From the NCBI GenBank assembly GCA_038496445.1, contig JALMLS010000420.1, forward strand, positions 496,001 through 560,000: a stretch of 64,000 nt of DNA, in the 5' to 3' direction. The first letter of the stretch is position 1, and the number at the start of each line of letters is the position of its first letter. Below the pieces are notes generated by a model. The model was given only the letters and a program-made list of their open reading frames with translations. It had not been told where the DNA came from and ran no database searches. Below are positions 11,759 to 22,121 of the stretch, in pieces. The stretch is from Trichosphaerium sp. ATCC 40318. Lineage: Eukaryota; Protista; Tubulinea. The translations under genes and the position numbers were made by a program.

Positions 11759-13571
11759 TTACAACTGAATTTTCCATATTTCTCGTTTTCCTGCTACATA
11801 TAATGCATTCTTTGCATACCACAATGATCTAATATCCTAAATATAGTTTATAAAACTCTAAACAAACATTTTAAAATCGTACTTTTATAGCTTCGGTTGT
11901 GTCGAGTTTCAACTTTATGACGTTGTACTGAGCTTTTACTGGATAATTCTTTTCTAAAGTATCCTGAAGTAATACTTTAAATATACCTTTACCATCTACG
12001 CCATAATACAAGTCACCTCTCTTGTCGACAGTCATACCATAAATCCAATCCTAAAACCTTACATAAGTCTCATTTTTTCTCAAAAAAAAGAAGCAAATCA
12101 AAAAAGTCTTAATTTATAAGCTAGAAATAAACGCACGTTGGTGGTGTGAGCGTATACTGTTCTTACAAACCCATTTGATATAGACCTTATCCGTGATTGA
12201 TCTCGTATAAAGAATAAGTCTTTTGTTGGGTGAACTGCAATATCCCTAAAAAATCAATAAGAACTTGACAACAAAAGAACTGTCAACCAAAGTGTGGCAG
12301 CAAGCAATTTTTTCTTCTTTTGCTGTTATATACACAAACGCTCTCTAAAATATTTGTAAAAAGTAGATTAAGTATTGCGTTTCAGCACAGAAAAGAGGAA
12401 ACTTTACAAAAGAATGTATCGATGGCGACAGGATTTGAACCTGCGAACCCCAAGGGTACTTGATTTCTAATCAAGCTGCTTTAACCAGCTGGCTACACCA
12501 TCTTCAGATGTTTAACAATGGTCCAGTAGCTGGAAGCGGCGCCAAGGGGTTATAATTACCAACCAAGAACGATTTCAAAGTTGCAAAAAAGTTCGTTGAT
12601 CACAAAAAAAAAAACGAACCAAAAGTATGTGAATTTTGCCTTATCCACAGGCCCGTCCTGATACCCTGAAGAGTAATTTCTACCTAATACGTACTATCAT
12701 TAGTATGTCGTTAATATTAGTACTCAAGACATGCCACTACCTGCAATAGTGCTAACAACACCTAAAGGAGACATTGAACGAACACAATGGTTGCTATTAT
12801 CAGCTATTAAAAGATTTCCTCTATGATCAAAACAAATGCCTCTTGGCTCCCAAAATTTGCTTCTATGTCCGTTCAGGTATCCCCTTTTATTTTTCATACC
12901 AGCTACAACCTCAAATGATGCTTTTCTAGTCGGTGAAAGTATCAACTTGCTGATTGTATGTGAGTTTTGATCAGATACAAAAATCTCTCCTTTTGCGTTT
13001 GGGGCGATGCCAAAAGGACAGAAATTACGTCTTGTAAGATTGGGGTCCGTTAATAAACGAATGTCACCGTTTTTCAAAGACATCTTCCATACACCAGGCC
13101 TTTTTTCATCACAAAAGATGAGCTACATGTGATGTCAACCGACAATTGAAAAAAAACGTTGGCAAACGTTTAAGACAAAATTACGTTTTTAGTACGTACG
13201 CTGTCATTGTACATAGTCAAGCACGTGACGCAAGTGACACCTACACCAACACGAGGAGCCATTTTGGTTACTTTATGAAGTCTCATTAACGTCTAGTAAT
13301 CGGTTAATCTTTGATTTTATTTTCATTAAAAAAAACCGTACTTGGACCTTCCTGATGCCTTCAAGAGTCCGTTTTATAGACAAACTGGTCGCACGCGCTT
13401 CGAGAATTTGGTGTAACGGCAGATATGCAAAAATTTCTGAAACAAGCTCTGGTGGGAGGTTCTGAAGGCGACCTGTACGTCAATTATTTTTAGCACGTGC
13501 TTTTTTCTCTGCAGATACAAAAACCCAAGAAATTTCATACCGAGCGAGTAATAGTACCACGTGTTGGACAT
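11759..13571 (-). CDS. F-box protein with NHL-repeat beta-propeller
   Basis: Exon 2 gives LQNLPPELVSEIFAYLPLHQILEARATS (F-box). NHL repeats include PFGIAPNAKGEIFVSDQNSHTI, FWEPRGICFDHRGNLLIADNSNHCVR and GYQDGPVDKAKF. Confidence 0.85.
12420..12502 (-). tRNA. tRNA-Ser(AGA), nested in an intron (12246-12619) of the F-box/NHL gene
   Basis: Minus strand: acceptor GATGGTG/CGCCATC with G discriminator, anticodon arm CTTGA-TTAGAAA-TCAAG, long variable arm and T arm GCAGG-TTCAAAT-CCTGT. The D-stem is slightly imperfect. Confidence 0.85.
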
Positions 13572-13921
13572 TTACGGCGAATTACACTAAAAGTTTTTGG
13601 TGTTGAGATTTTTTTTGATAGCAAGTCTTCGCTGGTCAAAAGGGACTCAAATCTTTACTTTTAGGTAACTTACTCATGGTGCAACATTACAACATCTTTA
13701 TTTGGTAGTTTGAGTACGATTGCTTATTACAAATTAATCAATACAGCTAGGACCTGTAGTCTTTTTATCGTTCCACTTGTTTGGAGCATCCTTTTCCAGT
13801 TGGCGGTTGGGTGAGCGTTGGCGCCTCAAGGATTTTCTACATGCCCTGGTATTCGAGTTCGCCCTGTGCATGCCATTGCTGGCAAGTTTCTGAAGTTTTG
13901 TAGATTGCAGCTACGCGTCAT

Positions 13922-15213
13922 TCATATCTCCGGTATTTCATCAACCTCGTCAGACAGTTTGCCTAGTAATACATTTAGCACATTATCAAAACCGCGTAAA
14001 CAACTTACCGCCAAGAGAAATCGGTAAATTTTCGGCGTCTACGTATTTCGACAAATTTTTTTGTTTGACGATAGTTATCCTCTTCTGTAGTTTCGTAGGC
14101 AATAGTTTACGGATAACTGCCCAAATCACATTAAAAAACCACGGTGGGTCTACGATCAGTATTTGCTTGAAAAGCAATGGGACAGCCTCTTGGCAAGCGT
14201 ATAGCACTTCTTTCATATCAGCGTTTGGTAGAGTGTATTTAAAACCTTTGAAGTCTACTATGCATGAAACACCGTTTTGTTGTGTCTTCAAACTACAAAA
14301 TTAGATGGTAAGCTTTAATTAATTAAGGGAGCTTTTTGGGCGAGAAAGGGAGGTTGTTATAATTACCTTTTGATTGCACGATTCAGGTGGTACATTGTTA
14401 CTATTATCTTGTATTTTCCTTTATCCAACTCTGTGCCTGCTTTAGGGTTCTTTCTAGAGGTTTAAATAAGCACATGAACGCAATCAAGAGAGTAAACAAA
14501 GTCCCAAGATAGAAAAAGTTTTTTGTTTTTTTTTTTTTGTTCTGAAACGTTTAACGAACCCCAAATTGAGAAATAAGAGTTGTCTATCTTGTAAATCCCT
14601 TGCATTCGTTACCATTGTCTACGAGAGAGCATTATAAGAAAAACTGTTTACCGTAAAAAAAACGAACACAAGTTTTTTGTTTTTTGGTAGTAATCAATAA
14701 CTTTGGTTTTGGGAAAGAACACTTACTAGAGTTCCTTTATCCAAGATATCTTTTGCGTGTTCATAATCGAACGGCCCATATTTCTCCTCTAAAACCTTAC
14801 ATTTTCATGAGAACACAATTTTTCGTCAGATAACGACGCAAAATAGATCGGTTTGAGTTTCTATTTGTTTTTCTTGCGTACCCTGTATGATAGAAGGGAT
14901 GATACAGCTTTTTCTAAACGCCACTTTCTTCCACGTAGAAAAGCTATTAGAAAGTACTCTTGTTCTTTACTAAGGACGTCATCGTTCTCATCTATGCCTT
15001 TGTTTATGAGACGCTCTTTGTATTCGTCTAGGAGCTAAACCGGTGTAAACGACTAATGGCGTACATGATTCGTAGTTATTGGTGGTGTTATTGATTTTTG
15101 ACCACAAAAACGGAGCAACTTGTGTAAAGTACCTTTTGCTGGCCTTCAGTCAAGGCAGTTAATGCTTCTTGTGGTTGAGAGTTGTTTGGGAGCGCACTTG
15201 GTGCTTTAGACAT
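13922..15213 (-). CDS. CRAL-TRIO (Sec14-like) lipid-binding protein
   Basis: FLIAFLRGRKWRLEKA (CRAL N-terminus); TQQNGVSCIVDFKGF, QILIVDPPWFFNVIWAVIRKLL, ENLPISLGG. Confidence 0.9.
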
Positions 15214-15405
15214 TGCTGTTTATGGTAAATGACAATCTCGGGTCAAGTGAAAAACCGAGACTACACGTTCTCCTTCAGAGAAATTACTTATTTAGTCATA
15301 GTTTTCAGCTGCGTTAGCCAAACGAGCAAACAATTAATTTCCCGGGTCTTGGCGGAGCTGTTCTACTACACACAAACCTATCTACAAGAAATTTTAGAGC
15401 ACGTT

Positions 15406-16633
15406 ATGTCAGTTGCGACGCCAAACGCCATAAAACGTAATCATACCTGTCGCTATACGTATATAATCCATTAATTATTTATTTTAGCATGTAGTGGTGA
15501 CGAAGAGCTTCCAATACTCCCTTACGATATTCTGCTGTATATTGTGCCGTACCTAGACAATATGGTGTTAGCTGAGTTCCCCAATATCTGTAAACACTGG
15601 AGAGTTGTACTGTACGAGACGTACAGACACCTCATTCAACGTGTGGCACCAACTGCGTACAATTATTTGCTCTCACCACTACTAAACAAAAATCTGCCTT
15701 TTGTGACGCGCTACAATGGAGGTGACATCATTCTGCGACAATTTGTCATGGCATTGCGGCGTAATTCCTTCAAATACCAACCGCGCTCGCTTGATTATCA
15801 TAGATTGTGGGTTTACGTTGCCCGTCAATCTATTCTTTCTGGTGGGTACATAATTATCCCGGTTATATTTGGCTTAACGTGGTTAAGGCGACGTTGTGTT
15901 TGTTGGCCATATTTCAGAGCATGTTGAAGGTGCTATTACATCTAGTATGAGCTACACAGGTCTTGGAAAGCTTGCGTTGAGATGTCTACAAAATCGAGGG
16001 TTTACAGCTGGAAGCAAGTAGTGAATTTGTCAAAAAAAAAACCATGTGATAATTTCCAAATTTAGTTGCTATTGCTAGAGGCATAAGAAAGATAAAACCA
16101 GGTGAAATTGAGCATTTGGTATTGCTAGGGAAGCTATACTTTAAGGATAAACAATATAAGGTACAAACTTAAGCGAGTTTAGTTGTATTAACGTGTTTTT
16201 TAAGCTTGCAGCAGAAGCATTGACTCAGGTTGGCATTTTTTTGTACAACAAAAAAAACAGTTCTTTTAGGCAACAACAAGACTCTCGGTAAAAATGGTTG
16301 TTGAAAACACTGATCAGATAATGAAGAGAGTTCATTCATTAGAGAAACTTCTTTTGAAGTGCTTAAATGAACTGCAAAAGGAGCTGGTAAGAGAATTTTT
16401 ATAAAGTTTGTGGAACTTATTCATTTTTTTTAGGGATCGTATATTACTGTTAACGTTTGCAAGTCATGTTGCAGAGTTTATTCATCTAATAGAATGGTTA
16501 AAGGTATGTTGATATTGTGGATTAATTTACTATAACTCGGTGATGTAAAGGTGTTTTATTTTTTTTTTTAGAACTTTACATTCGATGCACTCACGTTGGA
16601 CATACGCCAATGGTCGTCAAACAAAATTCATAG
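15406..16633 (+). CDS. F-box protein with TPR-like helices and a C-terminal Cys/His cluster
   Basis: LPILPYDILLYIVPYLD...ICKHWR (F-box); EHLVLLGKLYFKDKQYKLAAEAL (TPR-like); C-terminal CKSCC...CTHVGH. Confidence 0.7.
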
Positions 16634-16640
16634 TATAATC

Positions 16641-17810
16641 CTACATTCTATAGAGACTAGGTTTCCAACAAATTTTAATCAAAGAATGGTACGTACCCCA
16701 TTCTGTTTCATGTTGACTTGGTGTGCATTGTAATGTTAAGTCATGTATAGATTTAAAGTAGGATAAACCAAACTTTTCTAAAAATGTGAAAAACGCCTGT
16801 GAAACAACATAAAGATCTCCAATTGTCTGATCATCAATAACAGTTAATCGTGTATGATCACGCTCCTGTATAACATAAAATAGAGGTACCACAGTCGCTT
16901 TAAAACTCGTTTCTCTACCTCTTTTGGGCGAAGCTGTTGAATTTTTTCTTGTTTTTTTTGTTTTGTTGTTGTTTGTTGTAATAGCTTCATCTATCATTGT
17001 ACTCCCAAGGTGTGGTATCTGCTTTGTTATATATTTTTCAAGTTTTTTCATTTCGTTTTCAAAAGGGATAACTTTTTCTAACAGAGATTTTTGTTGTGCT
17101 TCTTTGTAGTATCTTATAAATCTGTCATCTGAAGGTAGATAGCGTTCTGATGATGTTCTCTTCATTTGAACACAATAAAACTTTGCTTCTTTCTTCGCTA
17201 GAGTCAACATACGTTCTTCATTGTATACGTTGGCGTACCTGTAAGGGTATAAAGTCAGCTTCAAAACCGTTGAATTAATACGGTGTTCAAACGAAAAAAA
17301 AAAAAATTTATACGCCATAAGAGATGGGATATCAAATAAGTAACATAAAAAAAGAAGATAGCGTGCTTCTAGCCCTAAGAAAAAATACTTGATCTGAAAA
17401 AAAAGTATCACGTGATACACAAAAAGTTACACGCATTTTCACCTCCCCAAACAGAGTTTAGAAGACATTTTCAAGTATAAGTTGACAAAAAAACATTTCC
17501 GTACCAACGGCCACTTCTCAAGAAATTCAAAACAATCTCGAACAGTTGTGGATCTCTGTCAATAAAGTAATTTCCTTCGTCATCACGAGTTGTTGGTAGT
17601 TTGCCCGATAGTAAAGCTGTAAAAAAATTCTTTCCACTACGGCATAATGTTGCTTTAGTTGTCTTGAATATCCTCCCACCAACGTTTAAACCAATAATAG
17701 GCTCTTTAATACAACTATTAGAAAATAAAAGCAGTATTGGCAGTACTTGTCATAGTAGTTGCGGAAGTAGTCATTTTGGGGGTGCTGCGGTTGGTTTCTA
17801 TGGTATTTTA
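16641..17810 (-). CDS. KCTD-type BTB/POZ domain protein (start uncertain)
   Basis: IIGLNVGGRIFKTTKATL...FFTALLSGKLPTTRDDEGNYFIDRDPQLFEIVLNFLRSG, then EAKFY. Confidence 0.88.
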
Positions 17811-18755
17811 AGCGATTTTAAGTCGTTTGTATATTGCTTAACGCTATTTTGCGACACGCAGTTATAAAAGGGTGTTACTGGCATAAAACTAATAAATATT
17901 TTATGCTTGTAGCATTTTAGTCGTATTCTACAAAGAATAGCTAAAATAAGGTTTAATATGATGTAAATCCAGTTATTTTAGCAACAACGCTATTAATCAG
18001 GTACTTCTATGCGTATTAATTAGTTTGTCCGTTTATTGTAAATGTGATTAATGTTAAACGAGTGTACTACGCGTAATCTACATGTGCAGCGGTTCTCATT
18101 AACCTTTCCGTAAGGGGACTGAAATAGTACCAAAAGCGGCAAGGTAGGCTTGTAAACGCTAGCATGTATTCGTGAGAACCCAAATATGCCTAGGAGTAAT
18201 CTGTGTTGCGTAAGCGCTCTGAAATTCTCAATTATTGAAAAACTGTTTTCTGTACTTCGTTAAAAAAGATATGTAGCAGTTATGTTTACGCTTATGCCAT
18301 ACTTTTGGTGGAGGGTTCTTTTTGGGAAGTACGCCCAAAAAGGTTAGGGATGGCGTGAAATTGTTAACCTTGTAATATATTAAATCATTAAACACGTTAT
18401 AATTCTCCAACAATACGAAAATAATCACACAAAAAAAAAAACGTGATTAACCAAAACCGCGCCATCCCCAACTTAAAACCCGCCGGCGCGTCTTGCAAAG
18501 TGACAACTATAACCAAAAAAAAAAAGATCAACAGAACCCAGCCCGCGCTTACTTGGAATATTTACATTCCAAGCGTACTGTGCTCCTTGTATAACAACAA
18601 AAAAAGTCGAATTCGCAATATTGTGTAAGTTTGGGTTGAACAGCGAGGTTGCTTTTTTTTACAGCACCAGAAAGCCTGGTAATTAATGCGATAATTACTT
18701 GTGAGCGCACCATATGCATTATAATCAGTTACGAGGAGTTTGGAAAGATTGTTTA

Positions 18756-20591
18756 TTAAAATAAAACACCAAATATATTTGCCCAATCTTCGCATTTGTC
18801 CCAGATTGCAGCATCACCAAACTGCTGAATATTAATGTCCCACTGTAAAACAAACTCTCCCTCATTAAAAGAAGGCCATGAGGGTAGAGATTCTACATTT
18901 GGTTTCCCATTAAGGTGGAAATTGTGAATATACGAAATCATATGTTCTGAAAGTTGTATCTCCATTTCAGAAGAAAACTTGTTTTGAAAGATACCATCCT
19001 TTGAAAACACATACGCTATTTCAGCTGAATGGGTAGCTCCAAGTCTACTCCACCTCCAATCTTTAGGTGGATGAGAGAATACATAAAAGAAAGGTGTGTT
19101 ATTGTTTTTAACAAGGTAATCTCCCATTTTCTTCACACCACAAGTTACGCTGTAAAAAAGTAAGCAAGGATGTTTCAGGCACGTGTATAAAACAAACTTT
19201 CGATTAAAATTGGAAATTACATGTACCTGTAGTCTCCTTGTATACCACAAAAAGCTTCCCATAGTCCTTTATCTATAATATCATTCTCATACCAGTTGTT
19301 TAGTTCTGTAGTGTTCATGAAACCAAAAAATAAATTAATGTCATGATCATAGGTTGTTTGGTTGATTGTATATGGATCTGATACTCCTGGAGTTGAGTGT
19401 AATGTATCTACACCAAGCTGTCATAATACAGTTAACAATAAATGGGCGAAAATGGACGTACTAAGTACCCTTCTTGAGAATTATGTCCAAGCATAATGGG
19501 TACGTTATTAAACTGACCGTCTTTTATCAAATCCAGCGGTTGTCCGTTAAGAAGATTTCCATCAACACACGGCAGTAAAGGAAGACCAACAGCTACGGAT
19601 AGTAGAGCCTTTAAAACAACAAGGTAAGCAACAGAAAATAGAGAAAACACTTACCTCATATGGTACACTTCGTAAACATTCAGCGAAATTACCTTGTGGA
19701 CAGAGCGGTTGAATGTATCTCGGTTTATACACGTAGTCGTAAATTTTACTACATGTGAATGATATCCAAGGACCAGCACTTTCCATAAGAGCCTTATGGT
19801 AGTATTGAAAGCTCTCCTTCATTACGAGATGATGTGAAATACTACCTCCACCAGCACTCTCGCCAAAAATTAAAACGTTCGAAGGATCACCTCCAAAAGC
19901 TTTGATATTATCAGCAACCCATTTCAGTGCATATTGTTGATCCATTAATCCAAAATTAGCGCCATCATCCTGAAATAAAAATCATGTGAGGGAATAAATC
20001 AAGAAAAAAAAACGAAAAAAAAAAAGCAACAACTTACGGGAGTCAATCCTGGCCACCACAAGAACCCGAATATCCCAAGCCTGTAGTTGATAGTTACAAC
20101 AACTGAGTTTGTCATTTCAGCAAGTTGATCGCCAGGGTACTGGCTACCAGCACCGTTTAAGTATCCTCCTCCGTGAATCCAAAACTTAACAGGAAGTAAT
20201 TCAGTTGTAACGTTTGCAGGAGTAAAGATATTCAAGAACAAGCAATCTTCGCTCATGTTGAAACTATTAAACCCTGCTGGGTAATCAGGTCCTTGAATAC
20301 AAACATCTCCAATGGTAGTAGCATCGTATACGCTGTTTTTCTCCCATGTATAACCAACAGGAGCCTTTCTTTCAATTAGAACAAGAAATCTGTAAAACAT
20401 TGAAATTATCTCACTTTGAACCGCCGTTCAGCTGTTGGAGGCATCGCATAGCGTACACCGAGGAACTGGCGTATGTTATTCTGTTCTATACCTCTTATTT
20501 TACCCAAAGGCGTTGTAATTGTCACATCTGCCGCTTGAGTTGCTATGATAACGCAACAAACGCATAAGAAGCCGCTGTAAAGGTATGGCAT
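18756..20591 (-). CDS. Secreted type-B carboxylesterase
   Basis: Signal peptide, [35 protein letters not shown] (Ser), GHNSQEG (Glu), GATHSAEI (His). Confidence 0.95.
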
Positions 20592-20745
20592 TGTTGTATT
20601 GTTGTCAGGCTAAGTGAACTCTTCTTGAATTTTCGCTGTTTTTTTGAATTCGCAACTCCTGGCGCCAAAATGTACGCTTTCATGAAGTTTTACATTGGTT
20701 TGAAAGGGAACTAACGCGCATAACTGTTCAGCAAGCGGCAACAAA

Positions 20746-21915
20746 ATGGAACAAAAAGACAAGGAAGATACGAAAAAACGGCAAGACACTCAAAAGCAGC
20801 GTGTATTCGACCTTGTAGCGCTACCTATTGAGGTAATAGTGCTAATTCTCAAACAAGGACCGTATACGCTTCGTGCAGCCCAAACATGCCACATTTTACA
20901 CAATATTATCCACAACCATGTTGGATACGGTTGTATCAGTGTTACAAGTACTAAAGAAGCAAGACTACTTTCTGGTAGTCCCTTACTCCAGAATACGGCC
21001 ATCAACATGAGTTATTGTTCCTCAATAACGGATGAGAGTATCAAGGCTTTGGCAGGTGTACACACCATTTATTTGTGTCGTTGTGGAATAACAGATGAGG
21101 GCATAAAAGCGTTGGCTGGCGTACACAGTATTGACTTATCCGAGACGTATATAACCGATGAAGGGTTAAAGGCTTTGGCAGGTGTACACACCATCCGCTT
21201 GGAAGCTTGTGAGGAAATAACAGATGAGGGCATAAGAGCATTGGCAGGTGTACACACCATCGATTTAAAAACTACAAATGTAACAGATGAAGGTATCAAG
21301 AGCTTGGCAGGTGTATTTAAGATTGATTTGTGTCATTGTAGATCAGTAACAGATGAGGGCATTAAAGCTTTGGCAGGTGTACATAGTATTGATTTGCCTG
21401 GAACAAAGGTAACAGATGAAGGTTTAAAGGCTTTGGCAGGTGTACACACCATCCACTTGTGCGGGTGTAGGTCAATAACAGATGAGGGCATCAAGGTATT
21501 GAAAGGTGTACATACTATTGATTTGCGTCAATGCAGATTAGTGACAGCTGAAGGTATCAAAGCATTGGCAGGTGTACACAGTATTGATTTATCGTATATG
21601 AATGTAACAAATGAGGGCATTAAAGCGTTGGCAGGTGTACACAGTATTGATTTATCGTGTACGAATGTAACAGATGAAGGTTTACAGGCTTTGGCTGGTG
21701 TACACGACATTGATTTGAGTCAGTGTCATTCAATAACAGATGAGGGTGTCAAAGCATTGGCAGGCGTACATAGGATTGTTTTATCAGGTACAAATGTATT
21801 AAATGAGGGATTAAAGGCACTGTCAGGTGTACATACCATCTACTTTGATAATAAGGAAATAACAACCAGTACAATCCAAGCATTGACGGGTGCTTTTGAA
21901 ATAAATAGATACTAG
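20746..21915 (+). CDS. Intronless F-box-like protein with about 14 tandem LRRs (21/22 aa)
   Basis: N-terminal LVALPIEVIVLIL...AAQTCH; repeat consensus ITDEGIKALAGVHxIxLxxx. Confidence 0.88.
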   Translation: MEQKDKEDTKKRQDTQKQRVFDLVALPIEVIVLILKQGPYTLRAAQTCHILHNIIHNHVGYGCISVTSTKEARLLSGSPLLQNTAINMSYCSSITDESIKALAGVHTIYLCRCGITDEGIKALAGVHSIDLSETYITDEGLKALAGVHTIRLEACEEITDEGIRALAGVHTIDLKTTNVTDEGIKSLAGVFKIDLCHCRSVTDEGIKALAGVHSIDLPGTKVTDEGLKALAGVHTIHLCGCRSITDEGIKVLKGVHTIDLRQCRLVTAEGIKALAGVHSIDLSYMNVTNEGIKALAGVHSIDLSCTNVTDEGLQALAGVHDIDLSQCHSITDEGVKALAGVHRIVLSGTNVLNEGLKALSGVHTIYFDNKEITTSTIQALTGAFEINRY

Positions 21916-22121
21916 CTAGTATCTGTGTTTCAAAATGTTGACTGGTTCTTTCAAAATACAAGCAAATTTGTAGTAACCAAAACATTCCTCTGGAACGTAA
22001 ACAAGTGTGTTAGAACCGTTAATATAATATGCTGGAACTGAACATTAAGGCAAATGTAGTACATTTTATGGATATGATACAATTGGCTAAGTTAAAGGAA
22101 GTAAACCAAACCAAAATTTTT

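Noticed and set aside
18085-18185. TPP riboswitch, SRP RNA or 18S rRNA fragment identity for the structured element
   Set aside because: The key conserved motifs (TPP CUGAGA plus the P4/P5 core, SRP helix 8 pairing, extended rRNA identity) are missing.
20790-21985. Antisense and alternate-frame ORFs over the LRR gene (and likewise over the MORN genes at 46716-48300 and 49958-50587)
   Set aside because: They are shadows of repetitive coding sequence.
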